Source: the human T2T-CHM13v2.0 reference genome, Homo sapiens | Assembly (NCBI RefSeq): GCF_009914755.1 | Contig: NC_060926.1 | Direction: 5' to 3' (one strand) | Length of the DNA stretch: 64,000 bases | Part shown: piece by piece, positions 24,801-37,904 of the stretch | Layout: the number at the start of each line of letters is the position of its first letter | Position numbering within the stretch: the stretch's first letter is position 1 | Made by a program: the position numbers and the translations under genes | Notes under the pieces: generated by a model | Seen by the model: only the letters and a program-made list of their open reading frames with translations | Told to the model about the DNA's origin: nothing | The model's database searches: none

Positions 24801-27312
24801 TCACGCAGCTGGTACATCTGACACAATTGACCTGGCATGGGTGCTGACATTAGGACGTCTGGCCCTTGGAAGGAGGAAGACAGGAGGAGGGATAGGCACG
24901 AGGCAAAGGAGGATGATGACTCTGCAACAATCTTACTTTCCTCACGTCTGCATTTACTACTTAGAACCTTGGGCTCCAACAGCACTGGCCGGCGGTGGTG
25001 ACTGACGGGTGGTGAATTGAGCCATGGAGAGATGGCCCTGAGTGCCAGTGAACAATGCTCCCCTTCTGAATCCTGAGGCCCTGGAGAATTTCTGCAAGCA
25101 TGAGTCACCACCTTCCAGAAAGAACCCATGGCCACTGAAGAGCTGCTTCCGACCCAGCCCCAGGTACCGTCTTGTGGTGAACTGGCCTCTGAGCTCCCCA
25201 AGAGGAGTGGAGGCTGGATGCTAAGCTGCAGAGGGAATGGCTGGAGGAGACCAGCTGCAGCTGCTCCTCGACCCGCCACACGTGAGGAAGAGGATGCTGC
25301 TGTGTTAGATGGAGGATAGGCTGGGACATCGCAGTGCTTGGGGTCCACCCCAGAGCTCCTCACTGCCCAGAGACACCAAGCTGTCCACTCAGTTGTTTCC
25401 TGTCAGCTTCCTTGGGGGTGGTGGGTGATCACCTGCCTGCCAACGGCTGGCATTACAGCAGGTGGTGTGTGTGAAGTCCCCACACACTTCTTGCTGCACA
25501 GCAGGTGCTCAGGGGACAGTCAGTATTGTGGCCTATCTCATTTCTTCCAACAGTCAAATTGTTGGCATCCCCAACCAGCTGAATGTGCCTTCCTGGGCTT
25601 CTGAAAAGTGTCAGAAGTAAGGAACTCTCAGTAGGGACTGGCAGGTCCATCCTGCAGCTACCACTCTCCCAGAATCCACCCACTCCCCACACTGAGAAAA
25701 GTCAGCCTCCTCTCCAATTTCCCCTTCCTCATCTTCACAGACACACAGTCCCCCCTTGCAATGTCTTTGCATCCTTCCATCCCATTCTTTCCCCCCCAAC
25801 ATAGTAACCTTCCCCGAATGCCTGACCAGCAAACCTTCCAGCATGCCAGTCAATTCACGTTCTCAACTTGTACTGAGCCCCTCCCAGTCTGGTTAGCTTC
25901 AGGAGTAAGGAAGCCACACCAGCCCTGCTGTTTGGAGATCACTGTCCAGCTGGGGAGGAGAGCCCGGCAGCCAAGGCCCTGCACAGCCCGGGCCTGACAC
26001 CACTCTTCTGCCTCTTGTCAATCTCTCTCCCCACCACAGCAAAGAGAGCTGCTGCTAGCCCTGAAATAGACCTGGCAGAGCTTTCCAGCCCCTGGGTTTT
26101 CTTCCCATCAGGTTTTCTGCCTGGATTTCTGGCCTTACACCTTTCTAGGTATCCAAATCCCACCCATAATCAAAGCCCTTTGAGCTCATTCATTTTCCAA
26201 CATTTCCCGGCAACTCTAATGCCAAGTAATCATGCCTCCTTCAACCTCCTCCCTCAGTGCAGCTCAGATTGTTAAGTTGGCTCCTATAGTTATTAACCTT
26301 TTGATGTAAATGTCTCTTCCTCTCCAACTAGAATGCAAGGGTGCTGGCCATGGGGCTGCAGCTGAGTCTTGTCCTCTGGTGTCAGCGGTGACTGAAAGAC
26401 ATACCAGGGCTCCCCAGGGCACAATCCCTCCCCTGACCAGGGATCATAACCAAGGACACACCTCCGCAGGAAACAGTCCTACTCCAACCACTGCACTCTT
26501 CAGCCCTCTGTTTAGTTTGGATGGATTTCTACCTATGTCCTTCCTTATCAGGCAGGAGGCAGCTGGCCGGGAGGGCTGCTCCTTCCTGCTCCCTGTGAAA
26601 GGCCTGGCGAATCCACCAGACCCCTGGGCTCCATCAGATTTGGAAATTCCCAGTGTCAGAATCTCCTCCTTCCACTTTATCCCATCAAGAGGTCATCTAA
26701 CGTTTTCTTAAATTTTGCCAGTGTTGGACTGTTCCCCAACCATGAAGACAGGTCATTCCCTTCAAAGACAGCCCTAATACAGCCCTAATTGTTGCAGAGG
26801 AAATCTCGTTTGTGGAGCTCTTGGTGCACAACGGCTAGTCCAGGTGTCTCTTTAATCCATACAACTACCTTGTGAATTATACACTATGTTACCATCTCCA
26901 TTAAATAAGAGGAATCCAGGGCTCAGAAAAATTCAGGCAACCTGAGTCTCACATGCATAATGATACAGTTCAAAGTACAGCTGCTCTCAAGACCATTAGT
27001 CTTTTCTTAACTTCAAGTTTATTATTGATCTTCTTATTAATAGTAAAGTGCCTCATTTTCATGGTGCCAAATTTTACCATGGTATATTTTCCACCCTCTG
27101 ACTTGTGTTCTACATCTTGGCCCACGAATGACTATTTTATCCCTTTTTTGTGATCATCCTTCAGACATTGAGAAGTCATCAGTCTGTCCCTCTGACCCAT
27201 CTGTGTGTTTCTGGAGCAGAAGCAAGCAGTCACCTGCAGGAACAGTGCATGTATAATGGGGACCCTTCTAAGCCTGGCCTCAACAACCCAGCTCCTTGAG
27301 AGCATAACTGCC

Positions 27313-27783
27313 TTTTTTATTTTTTATTTTCTTTTAATTTTAACTTTTATTTTAGATCCGGGGGCACACGTGCAGCTTTCTTACATTGGTATATTGCGTG
27401 ATACTGAGGTTCCGGGTATGATTGATGCTGTCACCCAGCTGGTGAGCATAGTACCTGGCAGTTTTTCGATCCTGGCCTCCCTCCCTGTCCCCTCTAGTAG
27501 TCCCCAGCATCTACTGTTGCCATCTTTATGTACCTGAGTACCCATGGCCCAGCTCCCCCTTATAAGTGAGAACAAGCAGGATTTGGTTTTCTGTTCCTGC
27601 ATCAATTCGCATACAATAATGGCCTCCAGCTGCATCCGTGTTGCAGCAGAGGACATGACTTCATTCTCTTTTATGGCTGTGTAGTATTCCATGGTGTATA
27701 TGTACCACATTTTCTTTATCCAGTCTACTGTTGATGGGCACCTGGGTTGATTCCATGTCTTTGCTATTGTGAACAGCACAGCA
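27313..27783 (-). mobile_element. L1PA15/16-like 5'-truncated L1 (ORF2 C-terminus plus 3' UTR)
   Basis: ORF 27381-27779 reads LFTIAKTWNQPRCPSTVDWIKKMWYIYTMEYY (L1 ORF2p C-terminus); decayed poly(T) at 27313. Confidence 0.93.
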
Positions 27784-28439
27784 TAATTTCTTGAAAGCCA
27801 TGGCTAATGTCAGTCTTTCCAGAGGACAGAATAAACAAGTGCATATCAGTGCCCTTAAGATTGGTTTCAGGAAAGAGAAGGTGCTGATTTGATGTCATTT
27901 CAGGGCCTCCCTCCCTGCAAGCAACCACAACCCCTGCTGCCACGTGACTCTCTCTTCTCTTATCCCTAAAAAGGAAGAATGAAGTCTTCTACGGGGGAGA
28001 AGATCAGAGCACAAAGTCCAGGGAGGGAAATCACAGAGGCCGAGAGCCTCCCAAAGAAGTGAATGTTGATCCGTGTTTCCTTGAGCAGAGCATGTTGGGA
28101 GAGGAACCCCATCTGGGCTTGGAGGTGGCAGCCCGGCAGTAAGAAGGGAGAACTGGGGCAGGGGGACATCTGCACGTGTCCCTGAGAGTCTCACTGCTGA
28201 CACTGTCAGCGACCTGGGATTCTCCAGGCCTGTCCACTGGGATCTGGTTGTCAACCCGAAGCTTCCTTTCTGTATGACTCCAGAGCAGCTCACAGCACAT
28301 AGACATTGCTGCAAATTCTGGCTCCACCAAACCAGGCCAAGATCATCCAATACACCCAGTCATTCATCAAGACATACATGTCTGTCAAGCTATTGCTTTT
28401 TGCCTGTCACTGTGTGAGAACAGTGAGGTGGGTCCGCTA

Positions 28440-28650
28440 CAGGTTAACATAACAGAATGAGCTCGCCCTGGCTTTGCAGCCAGACCTGGTTCCTGTCCAG
28501 ATTCACTGACTTGCTGCATGACTTTAGGCACCCCCTATAGCCTCATCTGCAAAATGAGGATGAGGATGGAGGCCACATCCCAGAGTGAGGTAAAGGTTAA
28601 ATGAAGAGGTTGCTCATCCCTGCCACATAGGAAATATTCCAATGCTAGTT
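28440..28650 (+). mobile_element. MIR SINE
   Basis: GGCTTTGCAGCCAGACCTGG...CCTCATCTGCAAAATGAGGATG. Confidence 0.7.
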
Positions 28651-29057
28651 CTTTTCCCTCTGATCTCACGCACCTCAGAGACCAGCCAATTACTGGCTGT
28701 TCATGACAATCTTTTATTTTCAGTTAATAGTCCTGATACATCATTCAACAGATATTAGGAATCTTGAGGCACGTATATGGTATCCTTGTGAGAGAGCACT
28801 TTATCTTTTTAAAGTATTTCCTTTCTTCTGTATGATTGTCACCCCACTTCTATTTAGTTTACTTCCACTTTTAACTTCCTGGTTTTCTTAAATTCCACAA
28901 TATTTACCATAATTTTATCTACTGACATGTAGAGTGTCAGCCCCACCCAGAGACATACTGGGGCCTCATTCACCTCACCATAGGATGTCCATGTTTTCAA
29001 CAAGGTTGCTTGGCCCGTTTGACAAATTATATATCACCGTGCCTTCTCCTTCCACTG

Positions 29058-29295
29058 AGAGGAGTATAGAGAAGTGGTTGATAGTGTGTGTCCTAGAATT
29101 GGATCACCTGAAGCAGATTCCAGCTCTGCATTTTGCCAGCTGTGTGCAAGTCACCTAATACCTTCAGGCTTGGGATCCTCATCTGTAAAATGGCAAGTCA
29201 TGATCGCTAATTTGTGGGCTGCTCCTAGGAACTAAATGTCATCCTGCAAGCCCAGTGCATGGCACATAGTAAGTGATCAATATACTGTAGCTATT
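29058..29295 (+). mobile_element. MIR SINE, near full length
   Basis: TCCAGCTCTGC...CCTCATCTGTAAAATGG...TGGCACATAGTAAGTGATCAATA. Confidence 0.8.
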
Positions 29296-30582
29296 GATGC
29301 TCTTTTCTGTTGATACTCGTGCGATCTCTGCTGCCTACACATTTGTGTGGAGTGTGAAGTGGAAAGCCAAAAGAACAGGAGAGAGGAAAGCCAACTGGCG
29401 TCCTGCGCTTGACAGCACAGACCCCAGTGAGGCAGCCCTTCTTATGCTGGAAGGGGCCCCGGTCACATCACACGCTGCCTTGGGAAAGCATTGTTCCTAT
29501 CACATGAGCCAGGTGAGAGGGGAGGAGAACACACAGGAGCAGCCACGCAGTTTCCTTCGGGAAATTAACAAGCGCTTCACAGTCTCTGCATAGCCATAAA
29601 AGAACCTCTGCAATCCCCTTCGGACCTGTGAGCTGCCAGAGGGGTCTTCTTGAGCCTCGGGGCTCATGGCTGGCCTCAGCCTCCAGAAGTAGAACTTGAT
29701 GCCCTTGGGCCAGCTGGCTTCTGGTTTCCCCAAGGCACCAGCCCTCTGTACTCCTCAGATCCCGCTGCTGCCATGTGACAGCTTCAGGAGCCAGGCCTCA
29801 CCTCCCTCCCAATTAGTTCATTGTGGGAAGGCCCCTGACACAAACAGGGATCCCATGCTACTGTCCTTTGCTCAGCACATCCCTTAAATGTGGCCCCCAT
29901 GTGCCCCGAACCTTTAAGAGAAGCTGGGGCTGGCTGTCTCTGTGCTCCCTAGCGCCCAGCACCCTCTGTCCCAGCCCTCACACAACTACATCATCACCAC
30001 TCCCTCACTCTGATGTCCCCTCCTAGGCCTAGAAGGCCCTAAGAGCAGGAGTTGCATTTTCTAATCCACGTATTCTAACCAATGTAGATGCTGGATAAAT
30101 GAGTGAAAGAACACAGGGAGGGAAGGCAAGGAGGGAAGGAGGGAGGGTGAAATGAAATAGAGGTTCCTAGAAGGTGGATCGCCTTTCTGCCTGTGATCTC
30201 TGCTCGTCTTGTTCCTGTCTGTTGCTGAGTCCTTGCCAACCAAGCGCTGCAATTCACCACCTGCGTACCCTTCTTTTCCTCTACAACTGAGGGAAGAGAC
30301 TTGTTAGGATAGTTCTGACCTAGTGTATTTAACCAGAGAAAGAAATTACCTCTCACTTCCAAGTGTTTCTTGACATAATCCTTTGGCAAACAGTTTGTTA
30401 GAAGCCACGAGTAACAGAACAGCGAGCCTGTGTACTCAGGCTGTTGAGCAAACCTTGACCTGAGTCACTAGAACTGGAAGACAGTTCCAGTTTTTTGAAT
30501 GTGAGCAGCTGTAGCTCAAATTTCAGCAGGCTAGAGGAGGTGGGCAGGAACATCAAAACATGGGATTCTTAGGACTAAACTC

Positions 30583-30870
30583 CTAAGTCCCAGGTACTGA
30601 GAACCTGAGCCGCAGGTAGTACACACCTGAGTGCCAGGTAATGCAGGTGACGCACACCTGAGCCCCAGGTAATGCAGGTGACGCACACCTGAGCCCCAGG
30701 TAGTACAGATGATAATGCACACTTCAGCCACGGGTAGCAAAGGCAGTTCACAACTGAACCCCAGGATACTGTACACCTGAGTCCCAAGTGTTGTAACCCT
30801 GAGTCTCTGGGTGCTGTGCCCCTGGCTGCCAGGGGTCTATACCTCTTGAGTCCTGGGGTGCTGCAGGCTT
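30583..30870. repeat. Degenerate minisatellite with a 31-bp core unit CACACCTGAGCCCCAGGTAATGCAGGTGACG
   Basis: Two near-identical 31-bp units at ~30622-30683 plus a partial third, flanked by shorter degenerate CCTGAG..CAGG units. Confidence 0.9.
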
Positions 30871-30949
30871 GATGCCTACCGGATAGTAAGTCATTTCACC
30901 AGAGAACCCACACTTCAGAGTCTGACAGTCCGAGACGCACTGTCACAAC

Positions 30950-31140
30950 TCTTGCTCATGTGATTCTCACCACAGTCCTGTGAGCTATTGCCATCACTTC
31001 CACTTTACATAAGGGGAAACGGAGGCCCAGGGAACTTAAGCAGCTTACCCAACAGCACCTGTAAGGGGCTGACAGCGCCAGGACATCAGTCCAGGCCTTT
31101 GGATTCCAGACCTCACATTCTGCCTGCCTGAGCCACTCAC
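30950..31140 (-). mobile_element. MIR SINE
   Basis: CCACTTTACATAAGGGGAAACGGAGGCCCAGGGAACTTAAG. Confidence 0.7.
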
Positions 31141-31159
31141 TCATCCTGCTGATGAGAAT

Positions 31160-32149
<990 letters not shown>

Positions 32150-33429
32150 TAGCTGGCCCAGTGCCCGCCAGGTCATGGGAATTCAGCAAACGACCCCAGT
32201 GGGGGCAGTGTGGCCATCTGAAGAGGCCTCAGCTTTGCACGACACAGAGTGAATGATCCCAGCTCAGCCCCTTCCTGGCTGCAAAACCGTGGGCCCTCCA
32301 GTCCTCAAGCCCCTCTGCATTCATCTTGTGGGATGAACTCCCCCACAGAGGGTATGGACAGACGTGGTGTGCACAGTGGGTGCCCTATTAGTGAAGGTTA
32401 TTATTTGTTGAACTTGGTTGAACCCAGGCCACCTTCGGCAGCTGCCCTAGTCCAATCCTTCTTTTCTTACTTCCACTTGACAAGTGTCATTAAGCCCATG
32501 TATCAGACTGTCTCTGAAGAGTAATGCTGGGGTGTTTGATGGTGATGACAATGATGTCCAAGGATCTGTTAAGCCACATCCACATGGCCTGGCAGTGGCT
32601 GCGTCTCCCTTCCGAGAAAGACCCCAGAGCAAGTCCCTTAGGAACACTCCCTCTCTAGGAAGGCACTGCCATGGAAAGATCATGGCAGGGGCTGCCAGGT
32701 CTAGGAAGTTCTCAGCACACGTGGGCCGGGGAGGCAACTGACCTTCCACGCCCAGCATCTTGTGGAAGGCATGATGCACTGCCAGCCCTGCTTCCCCTCC
32801 TCTGCGCTCCTCACCTGGGCAACCTAAAGAAAGTGTGGGTGGAGTTGGCACTGCATCCATGGTGGAACATCAACAATGCCGGTGATGAGGGTAATTTTCA
32901 GATGAGTTGAGATAAGCCTGCTGCGTTACTCTCTGACCTTCGCCGTCATTTTCACACAATAGGTGGATGATAATGTTGAGCTGTGTCTAAGAGCTCCTCC
33001 AGACAGAGAGGAATGAGCAAAGGCAGCATGAACCCAAACAAACAGAAGCAATTTCAGCTGCAGAAGTCCTTCAGGGCTTAAAAGCATTGTTTGCTACGCA
33101 TTAGGCATTTCTGAATCTGAAGAGAATCTTTTTTCTCTCCCTTTCCTATTTCTCAAATAAGGATGATCTAGGGAAAAATATCAGGGGAGTGGAGGTCAGG
33201 AGAGGAGTGTGTGGATTCAGCTCTGCCTGGGGCAAGGCGCTTTTTCTCTCTGCCCCCCTTCCCCCCATTTCCATCTGTAATAAGGCACAGGCTGGACCAG
33301 ACATGCCTCCAGTGCCTGCTAGCTCCACCAATAAGGACCGTGAATAACACTTATTCCCATTCCCATTTTACTGGTTTCCGAATATGAGAAGATCATTGCC
33401 AATTTTTCTCTTTTCTCTTTCAACACTAC

Positions 33430-33973
33430 TGTGATGGTTAATGGTGAGTGTCAACTTGATTGGATTGAAGGATGCAAAGCATTGGTCCTGGGTGTGTCTG
33501 TGTGGGTGCTGCCAAAGGAGATTAACATTTGAGTCAGTGGACTGGGAGAGGCAGACCCACCCTCAGTCTGGGCACCAGCTAATCAGCTGCCAGTGCGGCT
33601 AGGATAAAGCAGGCAGAGGAACATGGAAGGACGAGACTGGCTGAGTCTTCCAGCCTCCATCTTTCTCCTGTGCTGGATGCTTCCTGCCCTCGAACATTGG
33701 ACTCCAAGTTCTTCAGTTTTTGGACTCTTGGACTTCCACCAGTGGCTTGCCAGGGGCTCTCGGGCCTTCGGACACAGACTGAAGGCTGCACTGTTGGCTT
33801 CCCTACTTTTGAGATGTTGGGACTCGGACTGCTTCCTTGCTCCTGGGCTAGCAGATGGCCTATTGTGGGACTTCACCTTCTAACCGTGTGAGTCGATTCT
33901 CCTTAATAAACTCCCTTTTATATATACATCTGTCCTATAAGTCCTGTCTCTCTAGAGAACCCTGACTAATGCA
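33430..33973 (+). mobile_element. MLT2A (HERV-L) solo LTR, MLT2A2-like
   Basis: TGTGATGGTTAAT..GAGTGTCAACTTGATTGGATTGAAGGATGC...TCTAGAGAACCCTGACTAATGCA; perfect 5-bp TSD ACTAC. Confidence 0.93.
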
Positions 33974-34338
33974 ACTACTTCATAAGCCACTCTGCTCTCC
34001 TTCTACCACACTTACCTGCTCACAGGGCAAAACCTGTCAGGGATGTGGAGCTTTGTAGGGCAGACGAACCCACCAGCCTCCCATGCAAGGCACCCGAGAG
34101 GGGTTAGAGGTAGTAAGGAAAAGGGCTAACGGAGGTGGCTCCTGGATAGACAAACACCAGTTCCAAGTCCTCAGGCCCCAGAAACCTCTCAGGACCCAAT
34201 CTCATTTGTTCAACTCCAAGTCAACCATGACCCATGGAAAGCTCATGAATCCGTGGTGGCCAGCAGGCAAGAAACAATGTTGCTATATACTGGTGTTTGC
34301 CATCGGTGGAAATTCATACTACGGAATGATCTCATCCG

Positions 34339-35075
34339 TGTGCATCTGCTCCAGCTGCCCTAACAAAGTAGCACACTGGGGCCTTAAACAACAGAGATGC
34401 AATTCCTCACAGTTCCGGAGGCGGGAAGTCCGAGATCACAGTGTTGGCAGGTCTGATTCCTCCCAAGGCCTCTCTCCCTGGACTGCAGAGGCTGATTCCT
34501 ACCTTTGTCCACACATGGTCGTCCCTTTGTGTGTGTCTGTGTCCTAATCTCTATTCTTACAAGGACACCAGTCACAGCAGATTAGGGCCCACCCTGATGA
34601 CCTCATTTTAATTTAATGAACCTCTTTTTTTTTAATCGGCATACATTACTTATTTTTATTAATGTAAAATAAAATATATTAACATTCTATTCGCTACATG
34701 TCAAAACACAATTTTAATGGCTTAATAATCTTCTATCATATACATGTATCATATTTTTTATCATACTTTAAGTTCTAGGGTGCATGTGCACAACGTGCAG
34801 GTTTATTACATATGTATACATTAACTCGGCATTTACATTAGGTATATCTCCTAATGCTATCCCTCCCCCCTCCCCCCACCCCATGACAGGCCCCGGTGTG
34901 TGATGTTCCCCTTCCTGTGTCCATGTGTTCTCATTGTTCAATTCCCACCTATGAGTGAGAACATGCGGTGTTTGGTTTTCTGTGCTTGCAATAGTTTGCT
35001 GAGAATGATGGTTTCCAGGTACTGAAAGTTAAGACTTCTCATGTGGTTTGAAGGGACACAGCTCAGCTTGTAACA
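34339..35075 (-). mobile_element. MLT1A0-like LTR split by an L1PA insertion
   Basis: CCTCACAGTTCCGGAGGC...TCTTACAAGGACACCAGTC...GACCTCATTT; resumes at AGGTACTG...GGGACACAGCTCAG..TAACA. Confidence 0.85.
34625..35018 (-). mobile_element. 5'-truncated young L1PA (PA3-PA5-like) 3' UTR with putative 3' transduction
   Basis: ATACTTTAAGTTCTAGGG...CCCTCCCCCCTCCCCCCACCCC...GAGAATGATGGTTTCCAG at 34754-35018; extra 120 bp and a second poly(T) at 34625-34753. Confidence 0.9.
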
Positions 35076-35758
35076 TCCAAACTGCCACTTTACAGATTTC
35101 AGAGTAAATTGGTGGCACAGGCCAGAATGGAGTGCCCACCCCCGATCCCGAGTCTCCTCTGCCTCTCCCGCATCGCTGTGCCCACCCCCGATCCCGCATC
35201 GCTCCAGCCATGCTGTGTCCCCCAGCAGCCCTGCAGTCCTAGTCCACCCTGAATGAAGTTTCTATGTGCTCTGTTGCTGAAGAGTGTTGGATTTAAAAAT
35301 GAAAAGCTCACTTACCAGCTGGGAGGCCTCTGACCACTCCCTTAAAGCTCCCGAGGCCTGAATGTCCTTGTCCACAGAATGGGAAGGTTAATCCTACATT
35401 CCTAAAACTTGTAGTCTGAATAGAGTCTGCATGAGCCTGCACCTCGGGGTGAGGACAGGGAGGGAAGGCGCATCCAGTCAAACAAAAGTGTCAACAGCAC
35501 TCCCAGGCAGTGTGGAAACTTGCTGAGAATACACTTTACACATCTCTGGAAGTTTAATTTTACAACAATAATTAAAATTAAATCATAGATAATCCACACC
35601 AGACTCAGCTGGCCTCTTTGGGTTTCTATGTGTGTGTGAGAGAAAATGCTGTGACTCTTCTAGAGGGTTCCAGACTGCAGACCCCCCCATGTGACAGATA
35701 TACTCCTGAATAGGCCCAGCAGCCAGCTTTCCCTGTCCTCTCTGTGTGGGTCGCTCCC

Positions 35759-36190
35759 TAACATGGTTCGGATGTGTGTCCCTGCCCAAATCTCTGGTTG
35801 AAATGGAATCCCCATTGTTGGAGGTGGGGCCTGGGGGGAGGGCACTGGATCATGCCAGCAGATTTCTCATGAACATTTCAGCAGCACCCCCCTTAGTACG
35901 ATCCTCACCATAGTGAGTGAGTTCTTGCAAGATCTGGTCATTTAAAAGTGTGTAGCCCCTCCCTCGTCACGCTCTTGCTCCTGTTCTGGCCATGTGAGAT
36001 GCCTGCTTCCGCTTCACCTTCCTCCACAATTGGAAGCTTCCTGAGAGCTCTCCAGAAGCCAAGCAGATGCCAGCATCATGCTTCCTGTACAGCCTGCAGA
36101 ACTGTGAGCCAGTTAACCCTCTTTTCTTTATAAATTGCCCAGTCTCAGGTATTTATTTGTATTTCAGAAATACAAGTACAGCCTAATACA
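35759..36190 (+). mobile_element. MST solo LTR (MSTB-like)
   Basis: ATGGTTCGGATGTGTGTCCCTGCCCAAATCTC...CAGCCTGCAGAACTGTGAGCC...CCTAATACA. Confidence 0.9.
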
Positions 36191-37739
36191 CTCGCCAAGG
36201 AGGGGGCCATGTGAGGCTCCCAGAATTCTAGAAGACGGAGAAGCCCGGAGCTTCCAGATCCTGGTGCCATGTTTGTTCATGGTGTGGAAACCTCCTCTCG
36301 GTATTCCTTGTTGCTCACCTACAAAATCAGAGAGAAGAAGGCAAATGTTTGCCATTCTCTGAGGCAGCAGGGAGAGGGAAAAAGGATGTAGCCTCATAGA
36401 GAGGTGGATCTGAGGTCTCAGGCTCCTCTGCATCTTAACTGGGTGATCAGGGGCAGGCACCGTAGCTGCTCCAAGCATTTGTGTCTTCACTTGATAAATG
36501 AAGATCACGCTGTGATTGTTCATCAGACTGCAATTGTTCAGCTCCTTATGTAAATGAGCATCACAGAGCGTTGAAAGTTCCTCCAAATATTTATGCAAAA
36601 CTCTGGGAACAGGGTCTGGCACATGGTGAGCATTTAAAATATACATTAGTTTCCTCCACATGTCCTGACAAGCCGACTACATGTGCGAGCCGTCTCCACC
36701 CCAGCTGTGGCAGATATTCAAAAACTACCTGAAATGGGCAAAGTGCCTTGTAGTTTAGAAAGTGCTTCACGGTGCTCAATATTTAATAGGTGATCAGTAA
36801 GTGTTCTCTGGGTAATGCATCAACTTGCTTAATACTCTGACCTAGAGAGGTAAAGGGGCCTGCCTTCGCTACCCTTCACCTAGGTCTTCAAACTCCAGAC
36901 CCAGGGCTTTTTCCAGAGCAAACAGATACAACTTTTCTTCTTCCCCTACATAAAGCCCAATGCCATGACCTTTATAAGAACTGCGATAAAATTTTGGAGC
37001 CAAGACACTGAATTTGCGGTTTGTGTTTGCCTTCTCACTACTTGGATAACTGGTCCTTCAGTTACCCTCAAAGCCTGGTTCTCTGCTATCACCAGAACGT
37101 ACAGGCGCACAGCCTCTATAGGTCTTCTGCTCCATTGATGAGGCTTCTCATCAGGTGGAGGCCACCTCCAGCAGGTGCCATCGTTCTTCGCCCTTATTCA
37201 CTGGGACCTCCCGCACTATGCCAGCCCTCCCCCACCCTCCTCAACCTGCAAGAACAGCCACGTTCAGCTCCCCCAGGCCAGGGACTCAGCATTTGGGCAC
37301 TGCTGGTGTCTGCTCAAAGGTTCCGTATTTGAGACTCAATGGCTAAATTCAGTAATACCACCACAATTTCACCCAAAAGCATTATAGTAATTACTGAGTT
37401 ATATTAGGAGCTTATTTAAGATAACATCTTATTTGCACAATGTAGTTCAAATAGAGGGTTAGTGCAGTCAGCGTGATTGTTCAATTCCTAATGTACATGA
37501 GCATAATCACTCCGCAAGTGCCGCACCGCTTTCACACATGTGAACAGCTAGAGCCGAAAGCATAAATATATGTCTTTTAAGGTGGTGGCACAGTTAGAAT
37601 AAGAAGGTTTAGGTTGACATGTAAACAGGAATTTAGTTGTCTCTTTAGCACCGTATTGTAGGATGTAAAAATGCCTCCAAGACAGCTCTCTTAAGGAAGC
37701 CAAATCTGCTATCCCAAACCACTGCATGTTATTAGTAAT

Positions 37740-37904
37740 CAGAGTTTCTGTTTATCAAATACCTTCTGTGTCCCAGGCACAGTGCTATGCCCTTTATGTA
37801 AATATTTCACGCAATTCTTTCCTCCCTGCACTTCTGTGAGGTCGACATTATTAGCCCCATTGGAGAGAAGAAAAAATGGAGGCTCTCGTGGGTTAAATAA
37901 CAGG
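37740..37904 (-). mobile_element. MIR SINE, interrupted by the MST LTR
   Basis: TGTGTCCCAGGCACAGTGCTA...ATTATTAGCCCCATT...GAGGCTC. Confidence 0.7.

Noticed and set aside
30583-30870. CRISPR-like repeat-spacer array
   Set aside because: Primate DNA; units are tandem and degenerate with no unique spacers or cas genes
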